A DNA stretch of 32,000 nt from an uncultured archaeon (GCA_964648855.1 CAZYLT010000004.1:203684-235683); one strand, 5' to 3'. Counted from the stretch's first letter, positions 16,494 to 26,188 are shown. Numbers and translations are program-made. Notes: generated from the sequence alone by a model not told the origin.

Positions 16494-18635
16494 ATGTCCG
16501 AAGTGATTTTCCTTTCAGTAAGTATAATTTCTGGTTTCCTTGCAATCTTCGTTTCTCTTTTCACTTTTCAAAAGGTGAAATCCTACGATGAGGGGGGCGA
16601 AAGAATGCAGGAGGTCAGTAGACTGATAGAGGAAGGTGCGTACTCCTTTATCAATATTCAATATAAGATTCTAGGAATCTTTACTGCATTTCTTGCTGTG
16701 GTATTAGCCTTTGTCTTTGGAAACCTTGGAATCCCGATTGCAATCTCATATATTCTAGGCTCTATTGCAAGTATGGCTGCAGGATACGTAGGCATTGTCA
16801 TTGCGACAATTGCAAATAGACGTACTGCAGCTGCAGCAGAACGTGGCGGGCTTAACCCCGCATTCAATGTGGCGTTCAAAGCAGGTTCTGTGATGGGGCT
16901 TATGATTGCTGGTATTGCACTTGCGGGTCTAGGGCTCCTTTACGTTCTTTGGGACATCATATTTCCTGCCCTTACAACCGTACGGCTTTGGGAGATTGTC
17001 ACCGGTTTTTCATTTGGGGCTAGTACTGTTGCCCTCTTCGCAAAGGCAGGTGGCGGTATCTTCACCAAGACCGCAGACCTTGCAGCTGATATTGTTGGTA
17101 AGATAGAACACCATATTCCTGAAGACGATCCCCGAAATCCTGCTGCGGTTGCTGATGCAGTAGGTGACAATGTTGGTGACGTTGCAGGCACCGGCGCTGA
17201 TATTTTCGATAGCAATGTCGCTGCTATTCTTGCAGCCGCGATTTTAGGTGCAGCTATTGATGCTGCGTTTGCTCCAGTTGCCCCATTTGGACTGCTTCCC
17301 TTGATGATAGCAGGTCTAGGTACACTTGCATCTGTTATCGGAGTGTTTCTTGTTCGGGTCGATGAAACCGCAGACAAAGATCCAGGCCCCATACTGAATC
17401 GTGGAACGTATATTACGACCATCTTGTTTGCCATTTTTACAGTTGCAGTAACATGGGCTATGGGTATTGACTTGCTCATTGCTGGTGCTGCGGTCTTGGG
17501 TCTGTTTACTGGCGTGATCATTGGATTCACATCAGATGTATTCACGAATGATAGAGGACTCGGCCCATTCAAACCAGTACCCAATATGGTCAAATCTGCA
17601 GAGAAGAGTGCTGCAAATCTAATCCTGTCGGGATACTCATATGGTCTTCTTAGCGCCGTTCCTTCAGTCATAATGATTGCAGTTGCTTTGGTTGGAGCTT
17701 TCCTACTTGGTTCTAGCGCAACTACCATTGGGTTGGGAACAACAGAGGGTGGAATTTATGCTGTTTCAATTGCTGCTGTTGGGTTGCTATCTACAAATGG
17801 TATGATTATGAGCTCGGATGCCTATGGTCCTATTGTAGATAATGCACGAGGCGTGATTGAGCAATCCGATGCCGACGAACAAGCAATTGTTGATTGTGAT
17901 AAACTAGATGCGAGTGGAAATACAGCAAAGGCAATCACAAAGGGTTTTGCTATTGGTGCATCAGCAATCTCAGTATTGGCCCTATTTTCGGCCTTTCTTG
18001 AGTCTGCAAAACCGATTATTGGTGCTACAGAAATACAAGTGAATCTGGCGAGCCCCTTCATTCTTGCTGGCGCTTTCATTGGCTCCCTAGTACCAGCGGT
18101 ATTCTCAGCAATATTGATTCTCGGAGTTGGACGTAACTCAGAGCGCATGATTGCAGAGATTCGCCGTCAATTCAAGAATGATCCCGGTATTCTAGAGGGA
18201 ACCTCCAAACCAGACTATCAAAAATGCATTGAGATTGCGACTTCGGGCGCATTGCGCGAATTGCTGCCTGGCACTATTCTCGCCATTGTGATTACAATAA
18301 TCACAGGGATATTCCTTGGTATATCAGCACTTGCGGGTTACCTTGGTGGTGCAGTTTTGGTGGGCCTGATAATGGCACTACTCATGTCAAACTCCGGAGG
18401 AGCATGGGACAATACCAAGAAGATTATCGAGTCCCCAGAATCACCAATATTACCCGACGACCCCAGATACAATGAGGTGCACGATAACTCAGTACTCGGT
18501 GACATGGTTGGAGACCCGTTCAAAGATACCGCAGGCCCCTCCATCAATACATTGCTGGTTGTCATTTCCTTGACATCCACCTTGTTTCTCCCAGTAATTG
18601 CAGCACTTCATATAGCTCTTACGGCTCTATTCTAG
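16494..18635 (+). CDS. hppA: Membrane-integral ion-pumping pyrophosphatase
   Basis: GGGIFTKTAD, IPEDDPRNP, VGDNVGD, DAYGPIVDNA, LDASGNTAKAITKGFAIG, GGAWDNTKK and GDMVGDPFKDTAGPS. Confidence 0.96.
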   Translation: MSEVIFLSVSIISGFLAIFVSLFTFQKVKSYDEGGERMQEVSRLIEEGAYSFINIQYKILGIFTAFLAVVLAFVFGNLGIPIAISYILGSIASMAAGYVGIVIATIANRRTAAAAERGGLNPAFNVAFKAGSVMGLMIAGIALAGLGLLYVLWDIIFPALTTVRLWEIVTGFSFGASTVALFAKAGGGIFTKTADLAADIVGKIEHHIPEDDPRNPAAVADAVGDNVGDVAGTGADIFDSNVAAILAAAILGAAIDAAFAPVAPFGLLPLMIAGLGTLASVIGVFLVRVDETADKDPGPILNRGTYITTILFAIFTVAVTWAMGIDLLIAGAAVLGLFTGVIIGFTSDVFTNDRGLGPFKPVPNMVKSAEKSAANLILSGYSYGLLSAVPSVIMIAVALVGAFLLGSSATTIGLGTTEGGIYAVSIAAVGLLSTNGMIMSSDAYGPIVDNARGVIEQSDADEQAIVDCDKLDASGNTAKAITKGFAIGASAISVLALFSAFLESAKPIIGATEIQVNLASPFILAGAFIGSLVPAVFSAILILGVGRNSERMIAEIRRQFKNDPGILEGTSKPDYQKCIEIATSGALRELLPGTILAIVITIITGIFLGISALAGYLGGAVLVGLIMALLMSNSGGAWDNTKKIIESPESPILPDDPRYNEVHDNSVLGDMVGDPFKDTAGPSINTLLVVISLTSTLFLPVIAALHIALTALF

Positions 18636-18651
18636 TTGATTTTGGAGCAAT

Positions 18652-18675
18652 GGACGATCCTCTCGGGGGTCGTCC
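18652..18675 (+). other. GC-rich hairpin between hppA and the next gene
   Basis: GGACGATCC-(TCTCGG)-GGGTCGTCC, ending just before the GGAGG ribosome-binding site of the next gene. Confidence 0.5.
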
Positions 18676-18693
18676 TCTCTTGGAGGTTTGCAG

Positions 18694-19581
18694 ATGCGTT
18701 TTGGCGTAGTTCCTTTAGAATTTCGACCTGCAGTCGAAAAAATCGTCGTAGATGGTGTGCCCGATTTTTCTAGATTTGACATCGTCCAGATAGTAGAACA
18801 GGCTTTAGACATTGCTCATATAACTGTCATTGAAATAACTCTAGATATTGCATATATTATTCCAAATTCGTTAGGGCCTCGGGAAATCGACCGTCTCGTG
18901 GAATTGAAAGATGAGTATAGGCATTCATACACGGCGCACCTTCCGCTTTGGTCGGTGGAACCCTCAACCTTTAACCACCGTATTCGACACGCCAGTGTGA
19001 ATACAATCGTCGAATCAATAGAACTTGCTCGTCCACTAGAACCAGAATTCTACGTGCTTCACTCCACTGGTTCATTGGCATCGGAGTTCTCACGTCTTGG
19101 TTTTCACGGTACAATGCAGAATGTCATCTCTGCTGCACTGGCAGGATTCTCTGCAAATAGCGTCGAGGAAATTATATCCCAATCCGAAATCGATCCACAA
19201 AAGATTGCAATAGAAAATGTCGAGTTCCCCTTTGAATTCACATTACAAATTGCAGAGGAATATGGTACTACAATTTGTTTCGATACAGGACATCTCCTTG
19301 CAAGATTTTCAGGAGATGAAAACACACTCGATTTCTATAAGCAGCATAAAGATGTTATCTCTGAGATTCATCTCAATGATGGAATCTATCTTGAAAAACA
19401 CGGAGTGAAGATTGTGGACGATCATTTGGCCCTTGGACAAGGGCAACTACCAGTCAAGCCGTTTCTTACACAACTCACCAAGGACAACTTTAAGGGGCCT
19501 CTCATATTTGAGCTCACCACTGAAGAGGTGCTGGAATCTTTAAAGCTGATACAGCATGAAGCTCCTGAAGCCTTGGTGTGA
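18694..19581 (+). CDS. AP-endonuclease-2/xylose-isomerase-like TIM barrel metalloenzyme (CbiR-like)
   Basis: YTAHLPL, YVLH, IAIEN, CFDTGH, EIHLND, DDHLALG and LIFEL. GGAGG lies 7 nt before ATG 18694. Confidence 0.75.
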   Translation: MRFGVVPLEFRPAVEKIVVDGVPDFSRFDIVQIVEQALDIAHITVIEITLDIAYIIPNSLGPREIDRLVELKDEYRHSYTAHLPLWSVEPSTFNHRIRHASVNTIVESIELARPLEPEFYVLHSTGSLASEFSRLGFHGTMQNVISAALAGFSANSVEEIISQSEIDPQKIAIENVEFPFEFTLQIAEEYGTTICFDTGHLLARFSGDENTLDFYKQHKDVISEIHLNDGIYLEKHGVKIVDDHLALGQGQLPVKPFLTQLTKDNFKGPLIFELTTEEVLESLKLIQHEAPEALV

Positions 19582-19674
19582 TTTATGTTTCCAAGCGTGG
19601 TGAAGCATAACCAAAGTGCAATGTCACAACGTTTTTATCAGCTATAGCCGTGCAAGAGTCCGTAACAAGTATCC

Positions 19675-19784
19675 GGGCCCGTGGCATAGACTGGTTATTG
19701 CACCGCTCTGATATGCGGGCGAGAGTCATAATCGCCCCCTCCGAGAGGCGGGGGCCGAGTGTTCAAATCACTCCGGGCCCACCA
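19675..19784 (+). tRNA. tRNA-Ile(GAT) with a 32-nt intron at position 37/38 (19714-19745)
   Basis: Acceptor stem GGGCCCG/CGGGCCC, anticodon stem CCGCT/GGCGG, loop CT-GAT-A|A, T arm GAGTG-TTCAAAT-CACTC, encoded CCA. Intron hairpin GGGCGA/TCGCCC. Confidence 0.9.
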
Positions 19785-19861
19785 CTTCTCCTCAATCATT
19801 TTCCCTATGGCTATAGCAATATTATTCAGATTGTGTATTGCTACAGTAGGAATAGGTCATC

Positions 19862-20326
19862 ATGAACCCAAATAGTAACAAAGATGTGGGATTTGAAGAC
19901 ATTGCGGGCAAGTTGGAGCAGAAGCTCTCTAGTGATGCATCGGATACTGTCGCCAATGGTCAGCTGAATGAAATTACAGGAAAAAAGGAGTTCTCGGTCA
20001 TAAAGAAACCCAAGACAACCCTGCTTCTCATCTATCGGCCTCAGTGCCCACACTGCAAACAGCTTCTTCCAAAAATGAGAGAGCTTGCAGAAGCCTATGC
20101 CTCGAAGGTTTATTTCGCAAAGGTAAATGTGAATGAAATCCCAGAAGTTACAGAGAAATTTGCTGTCGTCGGCATTCCTCTAGTGATTGCTTTGAAGAAA
20201 GGCGTCCCAGTGGCACGTATTGAGGGTTTAAGAAATATTGACATCTACGACGAGTGGATACAACGAATCCATAGAGGCATTATACCGATGGATATCGAAT
20301 CTGGCCCAACAAGTGACATAGAGTAG
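19862..20326 (+). CDS. Thioredoxin-family protein
   Basis: CPHC active site, FAKVNV.E..E...KF.V.GIP and an N-terminal extension. Confidence 0.88.
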   Translation: MNPNSNKDVGFEDIAGKLEQKLSSDASDTVANGQLNEITGKKEFSVIKKPKTTLLLIYRPQCPHCKQLLPKMRELAEAYASKVYFAKVNVNEIPEVTEKFAVVGIPLVIALKKGVPVARIEGLRNIDIYDEWIQRIHRGIIPMDIESGPTSDIE

Positions 20327-20421
20327 TAAATATCCCAATTTCGAGCGCTATTCTAGGATACCAACATAACTCAGTGAATATTCCAACGGGCCCGCAAGTA
20401 GTCTGACTTCTGACATCATCC

Positions 20422-22311
20422 CTACAGTTTGAGAGTGAAGACATATTCTTCATCAGCCATAGACAACTTGCTCTCAACCACTTTTCCAGTTTTATGCAGA
20501 AATCGGATCATGGGTTGATTTCGAGGATGAACATATGCGATGAATGCGTCTACGCCTTTACTTTTTGCAATGCGCATGAGATGGTTGAGCAAGAATGTAC
20601 CAACGCCCTTGTCTTGATACTCATCCTGAATGACTATAGCAAACTCTGCTTGGTTTGTGCTTCGATTAAGCAGATAGCGTCCAGCACCAATTATCTTCTC
20701 TGTTTCTTCCTCTCTATCAGGACGAATAACTGCAACAATGGACACATCACGGTCTTGGTCTACGTCATAAAAGTCCTGCAATGTTTGTCTGCGAAGGCTT
20801 CTAAGTGGAGTTAGGAACCGGAAGAATATGGACTCCTCCGACAAGTCATAAAAGAGTTCCTTGATTCTGTCAGAGTCATCAGGTCTGATAAGTCTGAAGC
20901 GGACATTAATCTCCCCTCCATCGGGCCCCTGGAAGGTTTCCTGAGTTTCATATTCTGAAGCAAAATAGGTTCCAGTTGCCTTGAAGGGCACCTGGTCTTC
21001 GAAAACATATCTCATCTTCTTTGCTGCCTCCAGAAGTTCGTTTCTAAAATCGGGATGGGCAATAGCTATGAGTGAGAGTACTCTCTCTCGAATCGTTTTG
21101 CCATGTAATGTTGCCAAGCCATACTCTGTGATTACAACGTCAACGTCTCCACGAGTTGTTACAACTCCCGCCCCCTCACTCAACCTAGGCACTATTCTGG
21201 AAACTTCTCCATCCATTGCAGTTGAACGCATACAGATGATGGCTTTTCCGTTTGTAGATCTCTCCGCACCTCGAATGAAGTCCACTTGACCTCCGATTCC
21301 GCTGTAGAACTTATGCCCAATTGAGTCTGCACATACTTGACCAGTGAGGTCAATTTCCAAAGCCGAGTTGATTGCTATCATCTTCCTATTCTGACCAATT
21401 ATATATGGGTCGTTAACGTACGCCGTGTCTCGGAACTCAAACATGGGATTATCGTGGATATACTCGTATAGCTTTTTTGATCCCATTGCGAAACTTGCAA
21501 TCACTTTGTCCTTGTTGATGCTCTTTTTTCGATTAGTGACAATTCCCTCCTGTATTAGCGGAATCAGACTATCACTGAACATTTCCGTGTGGATGCCCAA
21601 GTCTTGAACACCAGTTTCTTGTAGACTATCACAGACCGCCTGTGGGAGGGCACCGATTCCTAGTTCGAGTGTAGATTCGTTTTCAATTAATCGTGCCACA
21701 TAAGCTCCAATTTGGTCAATAGTTTTCCCACCGGGCTCTCCCTCAAATTCCCGTAGAGGCTCGTCATATGGGACCAAATAGTCCAAATCTCTAAGATTAA
21801 AGAAAGAATCTCCATGAGTTATGGGCATCCGTTCATTCACTTGTGCAATAACTAAATCCGCGCTCTCAGCTGCCGATTTTGTTATATCAACTGATATGCC
21901 TAGAGAACAATATCCGTGTTCGTCAGGCGGACTTACTTGAATGAGAGCTACATCAAGCGGCATTCTTTTCGATCGGAACAGAGTTGGAATTTCAGAAAGC
22001 ATCATTGGCGTATAATCAGCTCTCCCTTCAGCCACAGCCTCCCTTATATTCTCAAATACAAAAAATGTATTGTGTCTATATTGGGCCTGAAATTCAGGGT
22101 CTGCGGATGGAGTATCTCCCAAGGTTAGAAGATGTACAATCTCATTGTCAGACATGTTCTCTGCATTCTTTGCCAGCTCTTGTACCAAATGATAGGGTAC
22201 GCCACAACCTGTACCAAGAAAGATTCTGGTTCCGCGTCTGATCTTCTTGATAGCTGCAGATGCATTCAAGACCTTTTTCTTGTATTTTTGTGTCCAATCT
22301 TCAGGGGCCAT
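20422..22311 (-). CDS. Acetyl-CoA hydrolase/family I CoA-transferase fused to a C-terminal GNAT acetyltransferase
   Basis: VSPPDEHGYCSLG, LGIGALP, LGIHTEM (catalytic Glu) and SGIGGQVDF. GNAT part has LSEESIFFRF, AEFAIVIQDEYQDKGVGT and N.PM. ATG 22311 has an AGGTGAGG ribosome-binding site. Confidence 0.92.
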   Translation of the reverse strand: MAPEDWTQKYKKKVLNASAAIKKIRRGTRIFLGTGCGVPYHLVQELAKNAENMSDNEIVHLLTLGDTPSADPEFQAQYRHNTFFVFENIREAVAEGRADYTPMMLSEIPTLFRSKRMPLDVALIQVSPPDEHGYCSLGISVDITKSAAESADLVIAQVNERMPITHGDSFFNLRDLDYLVPYDEPLREFEGEPGGKTIDQIGAYVARLIENESTLELGIGALPQAVCDSLQETGVQDLGIHTEMFSDSLIPLIQEGIVTNRKKSINKDKVIASFAMGSKKLYEYIHDNPMFEFRDTAYVNDPYIIGQNRKMIAINSALEIDLTGQVCADSIGHKFYSGIGGQVDFIRGAERSTNGKAIICMRSTAMDGEVSRIVPRLSEGAGVVTTRGDVDVVITEYGLATLHGKTIRERVLSLIAIAHPDFRNELLEAAKKMRYVFEDQVPFKATGTYFASEYETQETFQGPDGGEINVRFRLIRPDDSDRIKELFYDLSEESIFFRFLTPLRSLRRQTLQDFYDVDQDRDVSIVAVIRPDREEETEKIIGAGRYLLNRSTNQAEFAIVIQDEYQDKGVGTFLLNHLMRIAKSKGVDAFIAYVHPRNQPMIRFLHKTGKVVESKLSMADEEYVFTLKL

Positions 22312-22487
22312 AACTGTCCTCACCTAAGCGCCGTCTTACATCAATTACCTACTCCCTATATCTATTTCCAAATGCATGTGAACTTGAATGCCATGATTGT
22401 CATTTTGTGACGCTTGTCGGAAGGCTTAAAGTACCGTTTCAATCGCTGACCAGTTAACACAAGACAAACTATTTGGTGTGAAAAAAA

Positions 22488-23768
22488 ATGTCTGAATCTG
22501 TGGGAAATCGTTACTTAGTCATGCTCGGGGCTATAATAGTCCAGCTATGTCTAGGCACTATTTATGCATGGTCTGAATTTCAGAACACGCTGACCTTGGT
22601 GAGTTCTGAAGGCGGCCTCTATGGATGGGCTGCACTCAGCACTCAGTGGCCATTTGCTGCCGGTCTTGCATCCTTTGCCATATTCATGGTGATAGCAGGC
22701 CGTTGGCAGGATAATATTGGACCGCGAAAAGTAGCCACGTTTGGTGGCATTCTTTTAGGTGCTGGATATATTCTGGCTTCATTCATTGATACCTTGGCAC
22801 TCAACGAAATGATGGGAACACTATACTTGATCGTCACCTACGGTATAATTGGTGGTGCTGGCATTGGTTTTGCGTATGTTTGTCCCATAGCCGCTCTAGT
22901 CAAGTGGTTTCCGGATAAGAAGGGAAGCGTTTCAGGGATTGCTGTAGCTGGCTTCGGCGGTGGTGCCCTAATATTCCTCTATGTTGAACAGTATTTGATT
23001 GAAATGGCTAGCGGTCGTATTGGTCAACCCTTCCTTATTCTCGGTGTCGTCTATCTAATCGGTGTTGTATTAGGAGCTCAAATCCTTGTTGAACCTCCCA
23101 AGGGGTGGACCCCAGAGGGATATACTCCTCCTGAAACAACTGCTGATGGGTCTGGCAGTGGAATGCTTCCTGGCGAAATGATTCGCACTGGCACATTCTG
23201 GTTGCTCTGGCTTGCCTTTATTTTCGCTGCAACAGCAGGCCTTATGACTCTCGGCAACGTGAAGAGTGCAGCTGCAGAGGTTGATCCGCTTGTCGTACCC
23301 CTCGGTCTTGGTGCTGCCATTGGAGGCATCATGTCGATATTCAATGCTGCAGGCAGAATCTTTTGGGGTTCAGTATCTGATAAATTGGGCCGAGTTATGA
23401 CCATGATGCTCATGTTCATTGTGCTTGCGGTTGCGATGTTCACTTTTGGATACATGGTGACGCTACCCGCTGAAGAAGGAATGTGGATATCAATCACTGG
23501 AATTGCGTCTGTCATTGGCTTTTGCTTTGGCGGTAATTTTGCCTTATTCCCGTCCGCAACAGCTGATAACTTTGGCTCTGAGAATGTAGGCAAGAACTAC
23601 GGAGTAATGTTCACCGCCTACGGCATTGCAGGCATAGTAGGTGCATTGGTTGCAGGGTCCTTTGTTGACTTCACGGGAAGTTACTTCCTAGCTTTTGTAA
23701 CCACTGGTATCCTTGGTATCCTGGCTGTTATACTAACCATCATCTTGAAGATGAAGGGTAATAACTAG
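22488..23768 (+). CDS. MFS transporter, OFA/monocarboxylate (MCT-like) family
   Basis: QLCLG.IYAWS, AGRWQD..GPR, YVCPIA..VKWFPDKKG, NAAGRIFWG.VSDK.GR and G.NYG..FTA. Confidence 0.92.
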   Translation: MSESVGNRYLVMLGAIIVQLCLGTIYAWSEFQNTLTLVSSEGGLYGWAALSTQWPFAAGLASFAIFMVIAGRWQDNIGPRKVATFGGILLGAGYILASFIDTLALNEMMGTLYLIVTYGIIGGAGIGFAYVCPIAALVKWFPDKKGSVSGIAVAGFGGGALIFLYVEQYLIEMASGRIGQPFLILGVVYLIGVVLGAQILVEPPKGWTPEGYTPPETTADGSGSGMLPGEMIRTGTFWLLWLAFIFAATAGLMTLGNVKSAAAEVDPLVVPLGLGAAIGGIMSIFNAAGRIFWGSVSDKLGRVMTMMLMFIVLAVAMFTFGYMVTLPAEEGMWISITGIASVIGFCFGGNFALFPSATADNFGSENVGKNYGVMFTAYGIAGIVGALVAGSFVDFTGSYFLAFVTTGILGILAVILTIILKMKGNN

Positions 23769-23782
23769 TGAACTGAATTCAC

Positions 23783-23822
23783 GGGAAGAAATCATCTTTC
23801 TTCCCTTCTCTCCTTTTTTTCT
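23783..23822 (+). terminator. Terminator-like hairpin plus pyrimidine/T tract
   Basis: GGGAAGAAA-TCATC-TTTCTTCCC followed by TTCTCTCCTTTTTTT. Confidence 0.65.
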
Positions 23823-23968
23823 TAAATCTTGCACTGATTCGAAACACGAATAGGCCTAACCCTCTGCAAGAGGCCATATCTTTTCTATGAAATGTGGTGT
23901 TGGACAAGCTTTTTATCTCGGAATTTTGCGCGGCTACAAAAAGCATCGACGCTTCTTGGTGACCAAGA

Positions 23969-25954
23969 ATGTCAGAAGATAAAATTACAGTAGTTTCAGG
24001 AGAAGAACGTCTGTTTCAACCTCCTAAGAGCTTTGTCAAAAAGGCTTACATCAAAAGCCATGAAGAACGAATGAAGCTCTGGAAGGAGTCTATTGAGAAA
24101 CCTGACGAATTCTGGCTGAAAATCGCAAAAGAATTATGTTATTGGAAAAAAGAACCTACTAAGGGCTTTGAATGGAAGGACCCCGAGAGCGCCCGTTTCA
24201 CCTGGTTTGAAGATGGGGTCACCAACATGGCCTACAACTGTCTAGACAAACATGTCGAGGCAGGCAAAGGCGATCAGGTGGCACTTATTTGGCAGGGCGA
24301 ACCCTTGGAAGAGGCACGAACATACACGTACCAACAGCTTCTATCTGAAGTCAGTAAGGCAGCAAATGTGCTGAAGAATCTTGGTATAGAAAAGGGTGAC
24401 AGAGTCACATTCTATCTCCCAATGATTCCTGAATTAGCAATTCTCATGCTGGCTTGTGTACGCATTGGGGCGGTTCACAGTATAGTTTTCGGTGGATTCA
24501 GCTCTGATTCAGTTAGGGATAGAATCCTTGATTGTGAAGGTACAATCCTCATCACTGCAGACGGCTATTACCGCAGTGGCAAAACTATCCAACAGAAGGC
24601 GGGTGCTGATGACGCAGTAGAAGGTCTTGACCTAATTGAGAAAGTACTCGTCGTCAAGCGCCTCGGTCTGGACATCCCTTGGGATGACGATCGAGATGTC
24701 TGGTATCATGAAGAGATGAAAAAGGTTGACGACGAATGTGAACCGGAATGGATGAACGCTGAAGATCCCCTGTTTATCCTATATACTTCAGGTTCAACTG
24801 GCAAGCCAAAAGGTGTTCTTCACACAGTGGGCGGATATATGGTATACACAACCCACACTTTCCTGAACATCTTTGATTGGCATCCTGGTGATGTCTACTG
24901 GTGTACAGCTGACATTGGCTGGATTACTGGACACTCATACATCACCTATGGCCCACTTTCTGCTGGAGCGACAACCATGATGTTTGAGGGCGTACCAACC
25001 TATCCTGATGTAGACCGATTTTGGTTAGAGGTTGAACGCTGGAAGGTCAATCAGTTCTACACGGCACCCACTGCCATTCGAGCTTTAATGCGATATGGCG
25101 AGGAACCCGTGGAGAAACACGATCTTTCTAGCTTGAACTTATTGGGTACAGTTGGGGAACCAATTAACCCCGCCGCTTGGACATGGTATCATGAGATTGT
25201 TGGCAAGGAAAATTGTCCTATTGTTGATACTTATTGGCAGACCGAAACTGGCGGTGTAGTTATCACTCCATTGCCCGGTGCAGATGCCACCATTCCTGGC
25301 AGTGCCACCTTCCCATACTTCGGCATCGATCCAATAATTGTGGATGCTGAGGGTGAAGAGCTTGGTGCTGATGAGGGCGGTTATCTCTGTATCAAAAAAC
25401 CATGGCCTGGTCTCATGAGATCCGTCTATGGTGACCATGAGCGGTTTGTCAATACTTACTGGGCTCAATACAAGAATCCTGAAACTGGTCATCCAATGTA
25501 TATGACTGGTGATGGTGCCAGATTCAACGAAGATGGTTACTTTTTCATCATGGGACGTATCGATGATGTACTTAAGGTATCAGGCCACAGGCTCGGTACG
25601 GCTGAAATCGAATCCGCCCTAGTTAAGCATCCAAAGGTATCAGAGACCGCTGTCGTTGGAATGCCGCATGACATTAAGGGTGAGGCCATTTATTGCTTTG
25701 TTACCCTGAAGTCTGGTATAGAAGGCGATGAGGCTCTCGTCCAAGAGCTGAAGAAGCATGTACGCAGTGAGATAGGTCCCATCGCGACTCCGGAGAAAAT
25801 CCAGTTTGCAGATTCCCTCCCCAAGACCCGGTCCGGCAAAATCATGAGGAGAATCCTCAAGAAGATTGCAGCGGGTCAGATTGAAGATTTGGGCGATACA
25901 ACCACCTTGGCTGATCCAACAGTTGTTGAAACTCTCATCAAAGAGCGCAAGTAG
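23969..25954 (+). CDS. acs: AMP-forming acetyl-CoA synthetase
   Basis: YTSGSTGKPKG, WCTADIGWITGHSY, VGEPINP, DTYWQTETGG, GRIDD...VSGHRLGTAEIES and LPKTRSGKIMRR. Confidence 0.97.
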   Translation: MSEDKITVVSGEERLFQPPKSFVKKAYIKSHEERMKLWKESIEKPDEFWLKIAKELCYWKKEPTKGFEWKDPESARFTWFEDGVTNMAYNCLDKHVEAGKGDQVALIWQGEPLEEARTYTYQQLLSEVSKAANVLKNLGIEKGDRVTFYLPMIPELAILMLACVRIGAVHSIVFGGFSSDSVRDRILDCEGTILITADGYYRSGKTIQQKAGADDAVEGLDLIEKVLVVKRLGLDIPWDDDRDVWYHEEMKKVDDECEPEWMNAEDPLFILYTSGSTGKPKGVLHTVGGYMVYTTHTFLNIFDWHPGDVYWCTADIGWITGHSYITYGPLSAGATTMMFEGVPTYPDVDRFWLEVERWKVNQFYTAPTAIRALMRYGEEPVEKHDLSSLNLLGTVGEPINPAAWTWYHEIVGKENCPIVDTYWQTETGGVVITPLPGADATIPGSATFPYFGIDPIIVDAEGEELGADEGGYLCIKKPWPGLMRSVYGDHERFVNTYWAQYKNPETGHPMYMTGDGARFNEDGYFFIMGRIDDVLKVSGHRLGTAEIESALVKHPKVSETAVVGMPHDIKGEAIYCFVTLKSGIEGDEALVQELKKHVRSEIGPIATPEKIQFADSLPKTRSGKIMRRILKKIAAGQIEDLGDTTTLADPTVVETLIKERK

Positions 25955-25968
25955 AATAGATAGCATAG

Positions 25969-26005
25969 GGGCGGTCCATTCCGCCCTCATCTTTCTTTAT
26001 TTTTT
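25969..26005 (+). terminator. acs terminator-like hairpin plus T-rich tract
   Basis: GGGCGG-TCCATT-CCGCCC followed by a T-rich run. Confidence 0.6.
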
Positions 26006-26188
26006 CATTTCGAACCTCTATAAACAGTCAAGACAGTCTTATTTCAGGCGCGAGGTACCAATCTAGATGCCAAACAATAGCTGGTGCCTATAGCGAGATG
26101 ACGGGGTCACGTCAAATATACAAATATCACATAAATTCACTTATAACTGGGCATTGTCAATAGTTAATTAGCATGGAGAATACGCAAT

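Noticed and set aside
16940-17728. Long antisense ORFs (also 6175-6813, 5354-5773 and 23078-23593)
   Set aside because: They lie opposite well-supported genes and contain no recognisable motifs.
19721-19735. TCATAA inside the tRNA as a CAT anticodon (Met/Ile2)
   Set aside because: It lies in the intron loop. Cloverleaf geometry puts GAT at 19710-19712 in the anticodon position.
6954-20421. Integrated element at one of the three tRNAs
   Set aside because: No integrase and no duplicated tRNA 3' end were found. The CGGGCCCG near 20387 is too short to be an att site.
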